64,000 nucleotides of DNA. Source: Polyangiaceae bacterium. Its GTDB lineage: Bacteria; Myxococcota_A; Polyangia; Polyangiales; Polyangiaceae. The position numbers were made by a program, and so were the translations under genes. The notes under the pieces were generated by a model. That model was not told the origin of the DNA, did not search any database, and saw only the letters and a list, made by a program, of their open reading frames with translations. Below, piece after piece: positions 51,192 to 60,247 of this stretch (its first letter is position 1; each line of letters opens with the position of its first letter). Where the stretch lies: positions 128,001-192,000 of the forward strand of contig JBILLK010000010.1 of the NCBI GenBank assembly GCA_044376115.1, given 5' to 3'.

Positions 51192-52489
51192 TACGCACTC
51201 GCCTCTCCGCCAGCCATTTCAGCGTAGGCGGGATGGCTCACAAGGTTGTCATACGATTCGAAGGTGCGATCAGGGTGCTCCTCCGGAAGGACGGCCGTCG
51301 CGTTCGCCAGCGCGCTGCGCAGTGAAGCCAACGCGACCTCGAGCTGATCGTCATCGGGCTTGGCGGTGGTGATCTTTTGCACCAAAAAGCCCGGCCATAG
51401 CAGGACTTGCAGCGGGCCGGTGGTGCAGTACTTGGCGAGGACCTTCTGAATCTCCAAGGTGATACCAGCGATCACCGGCAAGAGCGGCAGCTTCATGAAG
51501 AAGAAGATTACGGCTTGCAAGGCGCGCGGCGCTTGGATGGTGGGCATCACGCTGCCCAACGCGGAGAAGAGCACGACGCTGACGAAGGCCACCATGATGA
51601 TGAAGGTGGTTCCGCAGCGGGCATGCAGCGCGCTCACGTTGCGAGCGTTCGACAAAAGAAGCGGCTTTTGCGCTTCATAGGTCGAAATCGACATGTGCTC
51701 GGCACCGTGATACTCGAACATGCGTCGGAAATCGCGCACCTGCCGGAGCGCCAAGAACAGCGTGATGATGATCGTCAGCTTGGCCGCGCCGGTGAGAGCC
51801 TGAAGCAGCGGATGGGTGACCGGGTAGAGGTCCTTGTCGAGGCCGAGCAAGCGGGCGATCCCCTCGGCGGCCAACTGCGGGGCTGCCACGTACAACCCGA
51901 GGGCGAACAACACGGGTAGCACCGTCATCACGATGGACGTCGGCGGCGCCTCCTCTACCACGTACTCAACGACCTCTTTGGTCTTCGGCTTGGAGGGCTT
52001 GGTGGCCTCGCTCGCATTTGCCTGCGCCTTCTCCTTCGAAGCCTCGGCCTCGAGCTCGTCCTCATCCGACGACGCGGCGGTCATCGACGCCTGCATCAAA
52101 GCCATCAGTGAGAGCTTGCTCGCGCCTGGAACCGACTTGGGCTTCGACTTCGGCTGGGGGGTGGTTGCACCGGCTTTGTCGGCGGCTTCCTGCTCACGGA
52201 AATCGGCTTCCATGATGCGCCCACTCCACTGAAGGGCCTGATGCCCAATCTTGATGGCGGAGAAGAACGTGTAGGCCCCGCGAACAATGGGGATCTTCAC
52301 GAGCGGCGACTTGGACACGGGAACGGTGCGCTCACGCAGCACCAGGCTGCCATTGGCCCGACGACAAACCACCGAAAGCGAGCCCGGCGCCCGCATCATC
52401 ACGCCCTCGATCACGGCCTGCCCGCCAACATTCGTGGGAGTGGGCTTCTCAACTTCGGCGGACTCAGAGGTGGTGACGGTTTGGCTCAT
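51191..52489 (-). CDS. DUF1385 family membrane protein
   Basis: GGQAVIEGVMMR, YHGAEH, HARCGTTF, PGFLVQKITT; rpmE-DUF1385-prfA context. Confidence 0.9.
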   Translation of the reverse strand: MSQTVTTSESAEVEKPTPTNVGGQAVIEGVMMRAPGSLSVVCRRANGSLVLRERTVPVSKSPLVKIPIVRGAYTFFSAIKIGHQALQWSGRIMEADFREQEAADKAGATTPQPKSKPKSVPGASKLSLMALMQASMTAASSDEDELEAEASKEKAQANASEATKPSKPKTKEVVEYVVEEAPPTSIVMTVLPVLFALGLYVAAPQLAAEGIARLLGLDKDLYPVTHPLLQALTGAAKLTIIITLFLALRQVRDFRRMFEYHGAEHMSISTYEAQKPLLLSNARNVSALHARCGTTFIIMVAFVSVVLFSALGSVMPTIQAPRALQAVIFFFMKLPLLPVIAGITLEIQKVLAKYCTTGPLQVLLWPGFLVQKITTAKPDDDQLEVALASLRSALANATAVLPEEHPDRTFESYDNLVSHPAYAEMAGGEASA

Positions 52490-52671
52490 GGCGTGTTTTC
52501 AACCTGAGGTTGAGGCAATTAGCAGGTTCACCTTGGCCCTCCCAGAAAGAGCAACCAACGGCCTGTGGCCGAAGGCGCTCCACTCATCCAAGTTTTCAGG
52601 AGGACGCGAGTTCCGCACTCTAGCAGGTCAAAGGCCAGTCAGCCGCTGCCTCGAAGACCAAGCGGAAACCG

Positions 52672-52705
52672 TGAACGACGAAGGCCGCCCTTGCGGACAG
52701 CCTTC
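52672..52705 (-). terminator. Terminator downstream of rpmE
   Basis: Minus strand GAAGGCTGTCC-GCAA-GGGCGGCCTTC followed by GTCGTTC. Confidence 0.6.
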
Positions 52706-52794
52706 CCGAGAAGCGTTCTTGAGCCATCCGAGCGTAGCGCCCACCGATGCGGGCTCGACTCGAACGGACGTTGGCCGGCTTCTTGGCCTGCGTT

Positions 52795-53001
52795 CTACTT
52801 GGCCTGCGCCGCGTACTTCTTGCGGAACTTGTCCACGCGACCAGCGGTATCCATCAGCTTCTGCTTGCCGGTGTAGAAGGGGTGGCAAGCTGAGCAGACG
52901 TCAGTGGAGAAGCTGCCCCGGGTGGAGTACGTCTCAAGGACCGAGCCGCAAGCACAGGTGACGGTTGCTTTGGCGTAGTTGGGGTGAATGCCGAGTTTCA
53001 T
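52795..53001 (-). CDS. rpmE: 50S ribosomal protein L31 (Zn-binding type)
   Basis: [40 protein letters not shown]. Confidence 0.97.
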   Translation of the reverse strand: MKLGIHPNYAKATVTCACGSVLETYSTRGSFSTDVCSACHPFYTGKQKLMDTAGRVDKFRKKYAAQAK

Positions 53002-53077
53002 CGAAGCGGACTCCTCGTTAGGGGCGGTGGATATAGTCCCCGAACTCAAAGCGCGCAAGCAGTTGTACACTGCCGGG

Positions 53078-55156
53078 ATGGACTCCTCGTTTCGCTCCGG
53101 GTTTTCGCTGTTTATTGGGCTCACGCTCGGACTCGCCAGCGCCTGCGGGGGTGAACTCGTCGACCCGGCGCCAGGGGGTTCGGATGCCAGCGGCGGTGCT
53201 GGAGGTGGGGGCGGCGGTAGCGGTGGCGGCGGCGGAGGTGGGGGCGGCGTTCCAGACACGTACCCGCTGCTCGCCTGCGATCCAATCGTACCGAGCCACT
53301 GCGGGTTTCCCTTTCCTTCCAACGTCTACACGGTCGCGGACGCAACGACGCCCACCGGACGACGCGTCTCCTTCAAGCCGGAAGGGCTACCTCCGAGAAA
53401 GGACGGCTCGCTGATCGCTGGGGATGCCTGGAAAAAGTCGGATGGCTTTTCTTCGGGCGGGACGATCCTCGCGCAGATCGTCGGCGCGACGAACAGCGGG
53501 CTGGCGCAGGTAAACTCACCTGAAGACTCGCTCGCGGAAGCATCGCCGACCGTGCTCTTGGACGCAGAGACCGGCGAGCGGGTGCTGCATTGGGCCGAGA
53601 TCGACAAGACAGCGGAGAGCCCCGACCAGGCCTCGTTGCTTATCTTCCCCGCCGAACCGCTGCGCGACGGAGCACGCTACATCGTGGCGGTGCGCGGCCT
53701 TGTGGACGCCGAGGGCGCCACGCTCGAAGCGTCTCCAGCCTTCGCCGCTTTGCGCGACGGGACGACCTTCGACGACGCCTCGGTGGAGGCTCGCCGAGAT
53801 CTGTACGCCGATCTATTCGGTATTCTCGAGCGTGCTTCGGTTGGGCAGGAGGACCTTCAGCTCGCTTGGGACTTCACCACGGCGAGCCGGGCTAGCAACA
53901 CCGACTGGCTGCTGCACATGCGCGATGAAGCGATGCCCGAGGACTCGGACGGTCCGAACTACACCATCACGTCGGTGGATCAGGACCTCGATCCGGCCAA
54001 CATCGCCTACCGCCTGCGCGGCACGATGACCGTGCCTCTCTACCTGACCTCCCCCGACCCGGGCGGCTTCTTGGTGTTCGGTGAAGACGGCCTGCCCGAG
54101 CCCAATGCGGACCAACCGACGGCGGACTTCGAATGGGAGCTGCTGATTCCGCAGAGCGCCCTCACTGAGCCTGCCAAACTGCTGCAATACGGCCACGGCT
54201 TGCTGGGCGAGGAGACGCAGGTCGAGAGCGAACATTTCCGTACCTTTTGCAACCTCAACAACTACGCCATCTTCTCGACCAAGCTCTCGGGCATGGCCTC
54301 GGAAGATGAGGAATTCATCAGCCTCAAGATAGCGACGGGTGACTTGGACCAACTGACGTCCATGTTCGACCGGCTGCACCAAGGCTTCCTCAACAACCTG
54401 CTGGTGATGCGGATGGTCTCACGGGGGCTGACGCAAGATCCGACGTATGGCTCCTACCTCGACGGCAGCAAGCGCTTCTATTGGGGGATCAGCCAGGGCG
54501 GGATCTCGGGAGGCGTGCTGCTCTCAATCAGCCCGGACGTCGAGCGTGGCGCGCTCGAAGTGATGGGGCAGCCCTATTCACAGCTGCTCAACCGCAGCGT
54601 TGACTTCGATCCCTTCTTCGCTTTGATGCGATTTCAATACCCCGACGCCCGCCGCCAGCAGCATGTGCTTGGGGTCTTGCAGATGTTGTGGGACCGCGTC
54701 GAGCCAGCGGCCTACAGCAAGTATGCGTTCTCGGAACCGTTTGCCGGCTCACCCGCGAACCGCCGCACCTTGTTACGCGTCGCGGTGGGAGACCATCAAG
54801 TCAGCACCTACGGCGGACAAACCATGGCACGCGCAATGGGCGCCAAACACTTGGATACCGGGGTACGCAACGTCTACGGGCTGACCCAAGTGCTCGGTCC
54901 AGTCGATGAGAACGGCGCGGTTTACGCTGAATGGGACTTCGGCTTGCCGGACGAGCCGCAATGCAACCTACCACTCAGTGTTTGCGAAGATCCCCACGGC
55001 AAGCTGCGCAAGCTGGAGGACGCGCGCGCCCAACTGCACCAGTTCTTCGACACCGGCGTGATCGCCAACACCTGCGCTGGCGGCAATTGTGATCACAGTG
55101 ACCTCTCCGGCTGCACCGGCGCCGAAGATCCGAACCCATGCGATGATGCACCATGA
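53078..55156 (+). CDS. Lipoprotein alpha/beta hydrolase with N-terminal Ig-like domain (lipase-like)
   Basis: ASAC lipobox, Gly tether, PFPSN, DGFS, YGHGLLG, GISQGG elbow, GDHQV, DPHG. Confidence 0.75.
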   Translation: MDSSFRSGFSLFIGLTLGLASACGGELVDPAPGGSDASGGAGGGGGGSGGGGGGGGGVPDTYPLLACDPIVPSHCGFPFPSNVYTVADATTPTGRRVSFKPEGLPPRKDGSLIAGDAWKKSDGFSSGGTILAQIVGATNSGLAQVNSPEDSLAEASPTVLLDAETGERVLHWAEIDKTAESPDQASLLIFPAEPLRDGARYIVAVRGLVDAEGATLEASPAFAALRDGTTFDDASVEARRDLYADLFGILERASVGQEDLQLAWDFTTASRASNTDWLLHMRDEAMPEDSDGPNYTITSVDQDLDPANIAYRLRGTMTVPLYLTSPDPGGFLVFGEDGLPEPNADQPTADFEWELLIPQSALTEPAKLLQYGHGLLGEETQVESEHFRTFCNLNNYAIFSTKLSGMASEDEEFISLKIATGDLDQLTSMFDRLHQGFLNNLLVMRMVSRGLTQDPTYGSYLDGSKRFYWGISQGGISGGVLLSISPDVERGALEVMGQPYSQLLNRSVDFDPFFALMRFQYPDARRQQHVLGVLQMLWDRVEPAAYSKYAFSEPFAGSPANRRTLLRVAVGDHQVSTYGGQTMARAMGAKHLDTGVRNVYGLTQVLGPVDENGAVYAEWDFGLPDEPQCNLPLSVCEDPHGKLRKLEDARAQLHQFFDTGVIANTCAGGNCDHSDLSGCTGAEDPNPCDDAP

Positions 55157-55899
55157 TCAAGCGCATTGGTCCTGCCCTCGTGTTCGCGCTGGCGTGCGGC
55201 GCGGACCCTTTGCAAATCGATGAAGTGGGGCCAGACGAGGTGACGCTACCGAGCGCAGCTGTATCGAGCTCGGCAGGCAGCCTCGTGCAAAGCCCGTCTT
55301 CAGCGGCGGCTCCGGATCTCCCGGACCCCGAGGGCTCCCAACGCTTCGAGGCGGTGGTGCGCGTATCGAAGGCCAAGCGAGACGCGGAGCACAAGTTGGT
55401 CTTCACCGGAGTGTGGCTGGTGCGCGAAGGCGACCCGCGAGACACCATCGCGAGCTACGCCAGCTCCACGGTTTGGCAGGATCTCGATGGAAAGAAGGTC
55501 CGTGTCTTGGGCGTCCCTTACCAGCCGATCGGGCGCGCGCTCGGTGGGCAACACGTACACGTGTTGGAGGCCCGCCTCGTCGACCCGAGCGAAGCAAGCT
55601 CGGTGATCGGGTTTGGACGCGAGCAGGAGCTCGAGGGCCAGTTTCAACGCGTCACCGTAGGCGAGGGCGAAAAGGCCAGCGGCGCGAGCTACTGGGCGTT
55701 CAACCAGAAGAACGGAGCGAGCTTCGAAGTCTTCGAGGGATTTTCGGAGCTGGCGGAGAAGCCCGAACTCGCCCAAAGAATGAAGATCCGCGCGCACGTG
55801 GTGGAGCTCTCGCCAACGATCCAGCGCCGAGGAGGACCGTTCCTTTGGGTGCGCGAAGCGCCCCTCCGCCCAAAGCAAGCCCGGGAAGAACTGCCGTGA
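55153..55899 (+). CDS. Hypothetical lipoprotein
   Basis: ALAC lipobox; ATGA overlap with the upstream gene. Confidence 0.65.
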   Translation: MIKRIGPALVFALACGADPLQIDEVGPDEVTLPSAAVSSSAGSLVQSPSSAAAPDLPDPEGSQRFEAVVRVSKAKRDAEHKLVFTGVWLVREGDPRDTIASYASSTVWQDLDGKKVRVLGVPYQPIGRALGGQHVHVLEARLVDPSEASSVIGFGREQELEGQFQRVTVGEGEKASGASYWAFNQKNGASFEVFEGFSELAEKPELAQRMKIRAHVVELSPTIQRRGGPFLWVREAPLRPKQAREELP

Positions 55900-55924
55900 C
55901 GCAGCGGCCGACCGGGCCATGGAA

Positions 55925-55960
55925 TTGAAAAAGGCGCTGGGGTTGCCCTCAGCGCCTTTC
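55925..55960 (-). terminator. Intrinsic terminator of the tRNA operon (possibly bidirectional)
   Basis: Minus strand AAAGGCGCTGAGG-GCAA-CCCCAGCGCCTTTTT. Confidence 0.75.
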
Positions 55961-55968
55961 AACGATTT

Positions 55969-56044
55969 TGGTGGGTCATGAAGGACTTGAACCTTCAGCC
56001 AACGGATTAAGAGTCCGCTGCTCTACCAATTGAGCTAATGACCC
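55969..56044 (-). tRNA. tRNA-Lys(CTT), CCA encoded
   Basis: GGGTCATTAGCTCAATTGGTAGAGCAGCGGACTCTTAATCCGTTGGCTGAAGGTTCAAGTCCTTCATGACCCACCA folds as a cloverleaf. Confidence 0.96.
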
Positions 56045-56072
56045 GAAATTTTTACTTTATTCAGTGACGCCG

Positions 56073-56146
56073 CGCGCCCGGAAGGATTCGAACCTACGAC
56101 CCTCGGATTCGAAGTCCGATGCTCTATCCAGCTGAGCTACGGGCGC
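56073..56146 (-). tRNA. tRNA-Arg(TCG), CCA not encoded
   Basis: GCGCCCGTAGCTCAGCTGGATAGAGCATCGGACTTCGAATCCGAGGGTCGTAGGTTCGAATCCTTCCGGGCGCG folds as a cloverleaf. Confidence 0.95.
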
Positions 56147-56225
56147 ATCGCCTGGCCTCGCGGTCAAGCCGGGCGTTTCTATCGATCGGGACATGAGCTG
56201 TCAAGCGACTATGATGAGACGCGTT

Positions 56226-56867
56226 ATGACAATCTCAACTGACACGATTTCGACCGGCAAATCTGGGGGACACGACAGTAACAAAATTGAGGGCACCTCG
56301 CTCTTGGCGTTGCTCGCAGGGGGTGCAAGTCGGGAGACCATCGCCCAATTCCTGGATGCGTTGCCTGCGGGAGACCGGCTCGCCCAAGTGATTTCGGTGA
56401 AGGGCAGCAAGGTTGGCCGGCTCTACGAGGCCGTTGGCGGCGGGCCAGCGCTCACGCTCAATGACTTCGTGCCGCAAGGAGAACAAGGCACCGTGATCTT
56501 CGAGGGGCGCAATTCGCTGCCCGCCTTCTCGCGCTTTCAGAAACGCTTTGCACGCGTGGGAACCACGGTCGTTGGTTACAACCACCAAACGATGGCCTTC
56601 GCCACCGGGCCTGGCTTCTTCGTGCTGCGTGAAGCAACGGCTGGCGAGGCACACCCGGATGAGCTGTTCTTCGACTACACCACCGACCCGCCCGGCATCC
56701 CAGTGGGCTGGCCGCGATTCCAGCGCAACGACGTTGGGCTGTCGAAGGCGGTCTACATGAACATGAAGGACTTCTGCAGGCCCGTCGCGCGCGGTGTGCT
56801 CGTTGGCAAGGCGTACAAGTTGGGCGTAGCGCAAGGCGCCTTCTTCACGCTCACCCGCGCCGTCTGA
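56226..56867 (+). CDS. Hypothetical protein
   Basis: ORF with conserved-looking motifs (GRNSLPAFSRFQKRF, GYNHQ, TGPGFF). Start uncertain (56193-56226). Confidence 0.65.
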   Translation: MTISTDTISTGKSGGHDSNKIEGTSLLALLAGGASRETIAQFLDALPAGDRLAQVISVKGSKVGRLYEAVGGGPALTLNDFVPQGEQGTVIFEGRNSLPAFSRFQKRFARVGTTVVGYNHQTMAFATGPGFFVLREATAGEAHPDELFFDYTTDPPGIPVGWPRFQRNDVGLSKAVYMNMKDFCRPVARGVLVGKAYKLGVAQGAFFTLTRAV

Positions 56868-56870
56868 AGC

Positions 56871-58727
56871 TCACCCGCGGGTGAGCTTCATCCAGCGGTA
56901 GGCACCAAACCCTACCGCGAGCAGCATCAGCGGCAGGCTGAACCAGCTCACGCTCATGTTGCTACCCGTCGCCTTGTTGACGATCACCACGACCACGGTC
57001 GAGAGCAGCGCCAAGGCCATCACCACGATGGCCGGCATCATCGGCTTTAGCCACGTGGACGGCTCATCAAACCGAATCTCGTGCTGCTCGTCGACGCCCA
57101 ACGCTTTGCCGGCGATCGACTTGGCCGCCGAAGCGGCTGCACGAGCCGCAGCGGCAGCAGCAGCAGCACGCTCGGCGGCTCGCACTGAAGCCGGCACCCC
57201 CGGCGCTTCCGGGGCCGCTGCGTGACCACCAAACGAAGCTGGGGCCTGCGGCCAGCCGGCGCTCTGCTCGAAGCTTTGGCCCTGCGAAAAAGGCGCTTGC
57301 ATGGGCGCAACCGGCGCAGCGGCTGGAGACTGCGCGAAGGACGGAACCGAAGTGGGCCCGGCAGCGAGATCCAACGCGTTGCCAAAGCCCTCGGAGGCAT
57401 CGAGGCCAGCTGGAGCTTGGCCGCCACCCTCTTCCGGAGCTTTGGGCTGAATCGGAATCGGGACGGGTGCGACTTTGGGCTGGTTCGGCAGCACGCTGGG
57501 CCGCGGGTCGAGCCCAAAGTCGAGATCTCCGGCAAACTCGGGAGCGCTAGCTTCCGGCCGCGCAGAGCCCGCGAGCGGGGCCGCCTGAGCGGGTTGCGTA
57601 AAGACGTCGGGGATGATCACAGGCCCGGCCATCGAGCTGCGCTGGTGAGCCATTGACGGGGCAAGCCCAAGCGCCCGCTCCAAGTCAGACCAGAAGGCCT
57701 CCATGCTGCGATGACGCTGCGTGGGAGCCACGGCCAGCGCTTTGCGGAACACCGCATCGACTTCGTCGCTGGTGTCCACGCCGAGCCGACGTGGAGTTGG
57801 ACGCTTCGTTTCGTCCAGGCAGAGCGAGAGCATCGTTGCGGGAGGCCCATCGATCGCGGGACGTTGAGCGGCAAACTCGGAAACGGTCAGCGCCATCCCA
57901 AAGACATCGGTCCATGGCCCCGTCTGCCCGTACTTGTCGGGCGCCCATTGCTCGGGCGCCGCATAAGCGGGCGTGAACATGTTGCCTTGCGTCTCTGCTG
58001 TCGCGCGACCCGCTTCTCGCGTAGCGGCCGAACGAACCTTTGCGATACCAAAATCGAAAATCTTGATCGTCTGCCCAGCATCTCCGTTCACTACGAAAAT
58101 GTTGTCCGGCTTTAGATCGCAATGAAGGATGCACAGCTCCCCTTCGGGGCTCTGCACGCGATGCGCGCGATGCAGAGCTCGCGCAACCGAAGAAAGGACC
58201 TCCACCGCACGCTGCACACCCAGCGCCGGTTGCCTGTCGGTGAGCCTCCTGACGATCAGGTCCTTGAGCGTTTCACCGTCGAGCCACTCGAAGGCGATGA
58301 AGGGAACCAGCCGCCCATCCGGTAGGCCGAAGGAGTCAACTTGCAGCGGGCGTACGACCTCGGGAATGCTGCCCGAAAGTCGAAACATCACCTCGCCTTC
58401 CTTCATGAATCGCGAGAGAAAAAGCTGGCGTTCCTCCTCGGTCAAGGTGGCCGGAATCTTCAGGCACTTGAGCGCGACCGGAGCTGCGAACTTGAGGTGC
58501 TTGGCCCGATACACAACGCCAAATCCGCCGTGCGCTACGACCTTCTCCACGAGGAAGGTTCCCTGCACCGCGGTTCCAACGATGCGGAAGGGATCCCCAA
58601 GGCTGCCGGGCGCGCTGGAGTCGTGCCGCGCGACGGATGAGGCCGGAGGTAGATCCAGCTCCATGCCGCCAAGGTCGAAGGACAATCCTCCGCCGAGTGG
58701 ATCGAATTTTTCCGCGGGCGTCGTCAT
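56871..58727 (-). CDS. Ser/Thr protein kinase (non-RD) with two C-terminal TM helices
   Basis: HGGFGVVY, ALK, HCDLKPDN, DFG, APE; Pro/Ala linker. Confidence 0.92.
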   Translation of the reverse strand: MTTPAEKFDPLGGGLSFDLGGMELDLPPASSVARHDSSAPGSLGDPFRIVGTAVQGTFLVEKVVAHGGFGVVYRAKHLKFAAPVALKCLKIPATLTEEERQLFLSRFMKEGEVMFRLSGSIPEVVRPLQVDSFGLPDGRLVPFIAFEWLDGETLKDLIVRRLTDRQPALGVQRAVEVLSSVARALHRAHRVQSPEGELCILHCDLKPDNIFVVNGDAGQTIKIFDFGIAKVRSAATREAGRATAETQGNMFTPAYAAPEQWAPDKYGQTGPWTDVFGMALTVSEFAAQRPAIDGPPATMLSLCLDETKRPTPRRLGVDTSDEVDAVFRKALAVAPTQRHRSMEAFWSDLERALGLAPSMAHQRSSMAGPVIIPDVFTQPAQAAPLAGSARPEASAPEFAGDLDFGLDPRPSVLPNQPKVAPVPIPIQPKAPEEGGGQAPAGLDASEGFGNALDLAAGPTSVPSFAQSPAAAPVAPMQAPFSQGQSFEQSAGWPQAPASFGGHAAAPEAPGVPASVRAAERAAAAAAAARAAASAAKSIAGKALGVDEQHEIRFDEPSTWLKPMMPAIVVMALALLSTVVVVIVNKATGSNMSVSWFSLPLMLLAVGFGAYRWMKLTRG

Positions 58728-58857
58728 GCGACAACCAAGCTAGATAGTTCCGTCGAGCATTGAAAGGCCCTCGGAAGCAGGTTGCCAGTGCAACGTATGC
58801 GTCAGGAGCAGGCTCGCTCACGATTGCGCACACAACTCCGCACCACGCGCTACCCCC

Positions 58858-59700
58858 TCAGAGCGTCGCCCGGAGCGCTGCCGTGAGGATCTCGAGCACG
58901 CGCTCCGGAGCGTCAACATGCAGCCAATGACCTGCGTTCGCTAGGTGGTGGACCGTCAGCAGCCCTTGCTGCCCCAACACGTTCACACGCTGCTGGGACG
59001 CGGGGCCAAGCGCCGAGCCGTTCCCAGCGATCAAGTAGTGCAGGGCGACCTTGTGCGAGGCTTCGAGCATCGGGAAGTAGTCGCGCGTGCGGTAGTCCTC
59101 GAGCATGCTGCGAATCGCTGGCAGGTCGAGTCGCAGCGAGTACGCGTCGCCATCTCGACGGACGTTCATCGCCAACCACGCAACGATCGCCTGGGGGAAT
59201 TCGCGCGCGGCGAGCTCCGCTTGAAAAAACTCCCGGCTCGGTAGCACGCGTGGCAGCGCCTCCAGCGCTTCAAGCACGCGCAGCACGAGCGAGCTGGCCA
59301 CATCCATCTGTGCCACGCCCGGATCCGAGTCGAGCACGACCGCCGTACGGACCCAACCTGGCTGCTGCTCGAGGGCCGCGAGCACCACCTTTCCGCCGAA
59401 CGAATGGCCGGCGATCGCGCGCACGGGTAGCTCCAAGCTCGCAGCAAGACGCAGCACATCGTCGGCAGCTGCAGGTAGCGTGTGCGGAGGCGCGAAACCT
59501 TGGGATTGACCATGCCCGCGCAGATCGGCCAGCACTACAGCCCACCCGGGGTTCTGCTCACAGAGTCGGCCTGCGATGGTGCGGAAATTGGTGCCCATCC
59601 CGAACACGCCGTGGAGCATCAACAGCACGCGCTCGGGAGAGCCAGCGCTCGGACGAACCCATTGATGGGCGAGCAGAGGGGCGTTCACCGGACTGCGCAT
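58858..59700 (-). CDS. Alpha/beta hydrolase (YbfF/ABHD11-like esterase)
   Basis: LHGVFG, DLRGHGQS, GHSFGGK, AGHWLH. Confidence 0.88.
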   Translation of the reverse strand: MRSPVNAPLLAHQWVRPSAGSPERVLLMLHGVFGMGTNFRTIAGRLCEQNPGWAVVLADLRGHGQSQGFAPPHTLPAAADDVLRLAASLELPVRAIAGHSFGGKVVLAALEQQPGWVRTAVVLDSDPGVAQMDVASSLVLRVLEALEALPRVLPSREFFQAELAAREFPQAIVAWLAMNVRRDGDAYSLRLDLPAIRSMLEDYRTRDYFPMLEASHKVALHYLIAGNGSALGPASQQRVNVLGQQGLLTVHHLANAGHWLHVDAPERVLEILTAALRATL

Positions 59701-59760
59701 ACCACGACCCAAGGCCAAGAATCACTCGTGGCGGCCAGGTCAACCTCGTAACCTAGAGCC

Positions 59761-60213
59761 ATGGCTACTCCCCGCGCCAAAGTTCGCCCGACCAAGCCCA
59801 AGAAAGCTGCAGGCCCTGCCAAGCCTGTTCGCTTCGAAGGAACCCTGCTTGAACGGGCGTCCTTTCGCGACGTGTCGCTCGCAGCAGCCTCCTTCGAGGA
59901 CGTCTCCCTCGAGCGAGCACGCATGACCGATGTTTCTTTGAGGGGAGCGGAGCTCAACAACGTTGATGGCAGAAAACTCAAGCTCAATGACGCAGATCTC
60001 TCGGACGCAAGTTTCGAGAACGTCAAGCTTGCCAAGAGCACGTTCGAGGACGTTTCGCTGCGTGATTCGCGCCTCAACAACGTCGACTTACGCGGCGTCG
60101 TCATCACCGACGCTGCCATCGATGGGCTGACCGTGAACGGTCACGCAGTAGCGGATCTGATCGCGCTCGCTGCCGCTGCGCCCAAAGCGGTGCGGCGACG
60201 CACTGGGCGGTAG
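59761..60213 (+). CDS. Pentapeptide repeat protein
   Basis: Tandem A(S/D)(F/L)xx / V(S/D)Lxx pentapeptides. Confidence 0.85.
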   Translation: MATPRAKVRPTKPKKAAGPAKPVRFEGTLLERASFRDVSLAAASFEDVSLERARMTDVSLRGAELNNVDGRKLKLNDADLSDASFENVKLAKSTFEDVSLRDSRLNNVDLRGVVITDAAIDGLTVNGHAVADLIALAAAAPKAVRRRTGR

Positions 60214-60247
60214 CAAGCGGGGCCATTCTTGCGTAGGTTTCCGGCCA

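Noticed and set aside
52795..53322. 175-aa ORF with a poly-Pro N-terminal extension on L31
   Set aside because: The extension is the antisense of the Gly tether of the divergent gene; the real start is 53001, with an RBS.
55969..56146. tRNA pair as a prophage or island integration site
   Set aside because: No integrase and no duplicated tRNA 3' end (att) was seen in the window.
58782..58798. Sigma54-like CTGGCAACCTGCTTCC upstream of the kinase on the minus strand
   Set aside because: The -12 element reads CC rather than the invariant GC.
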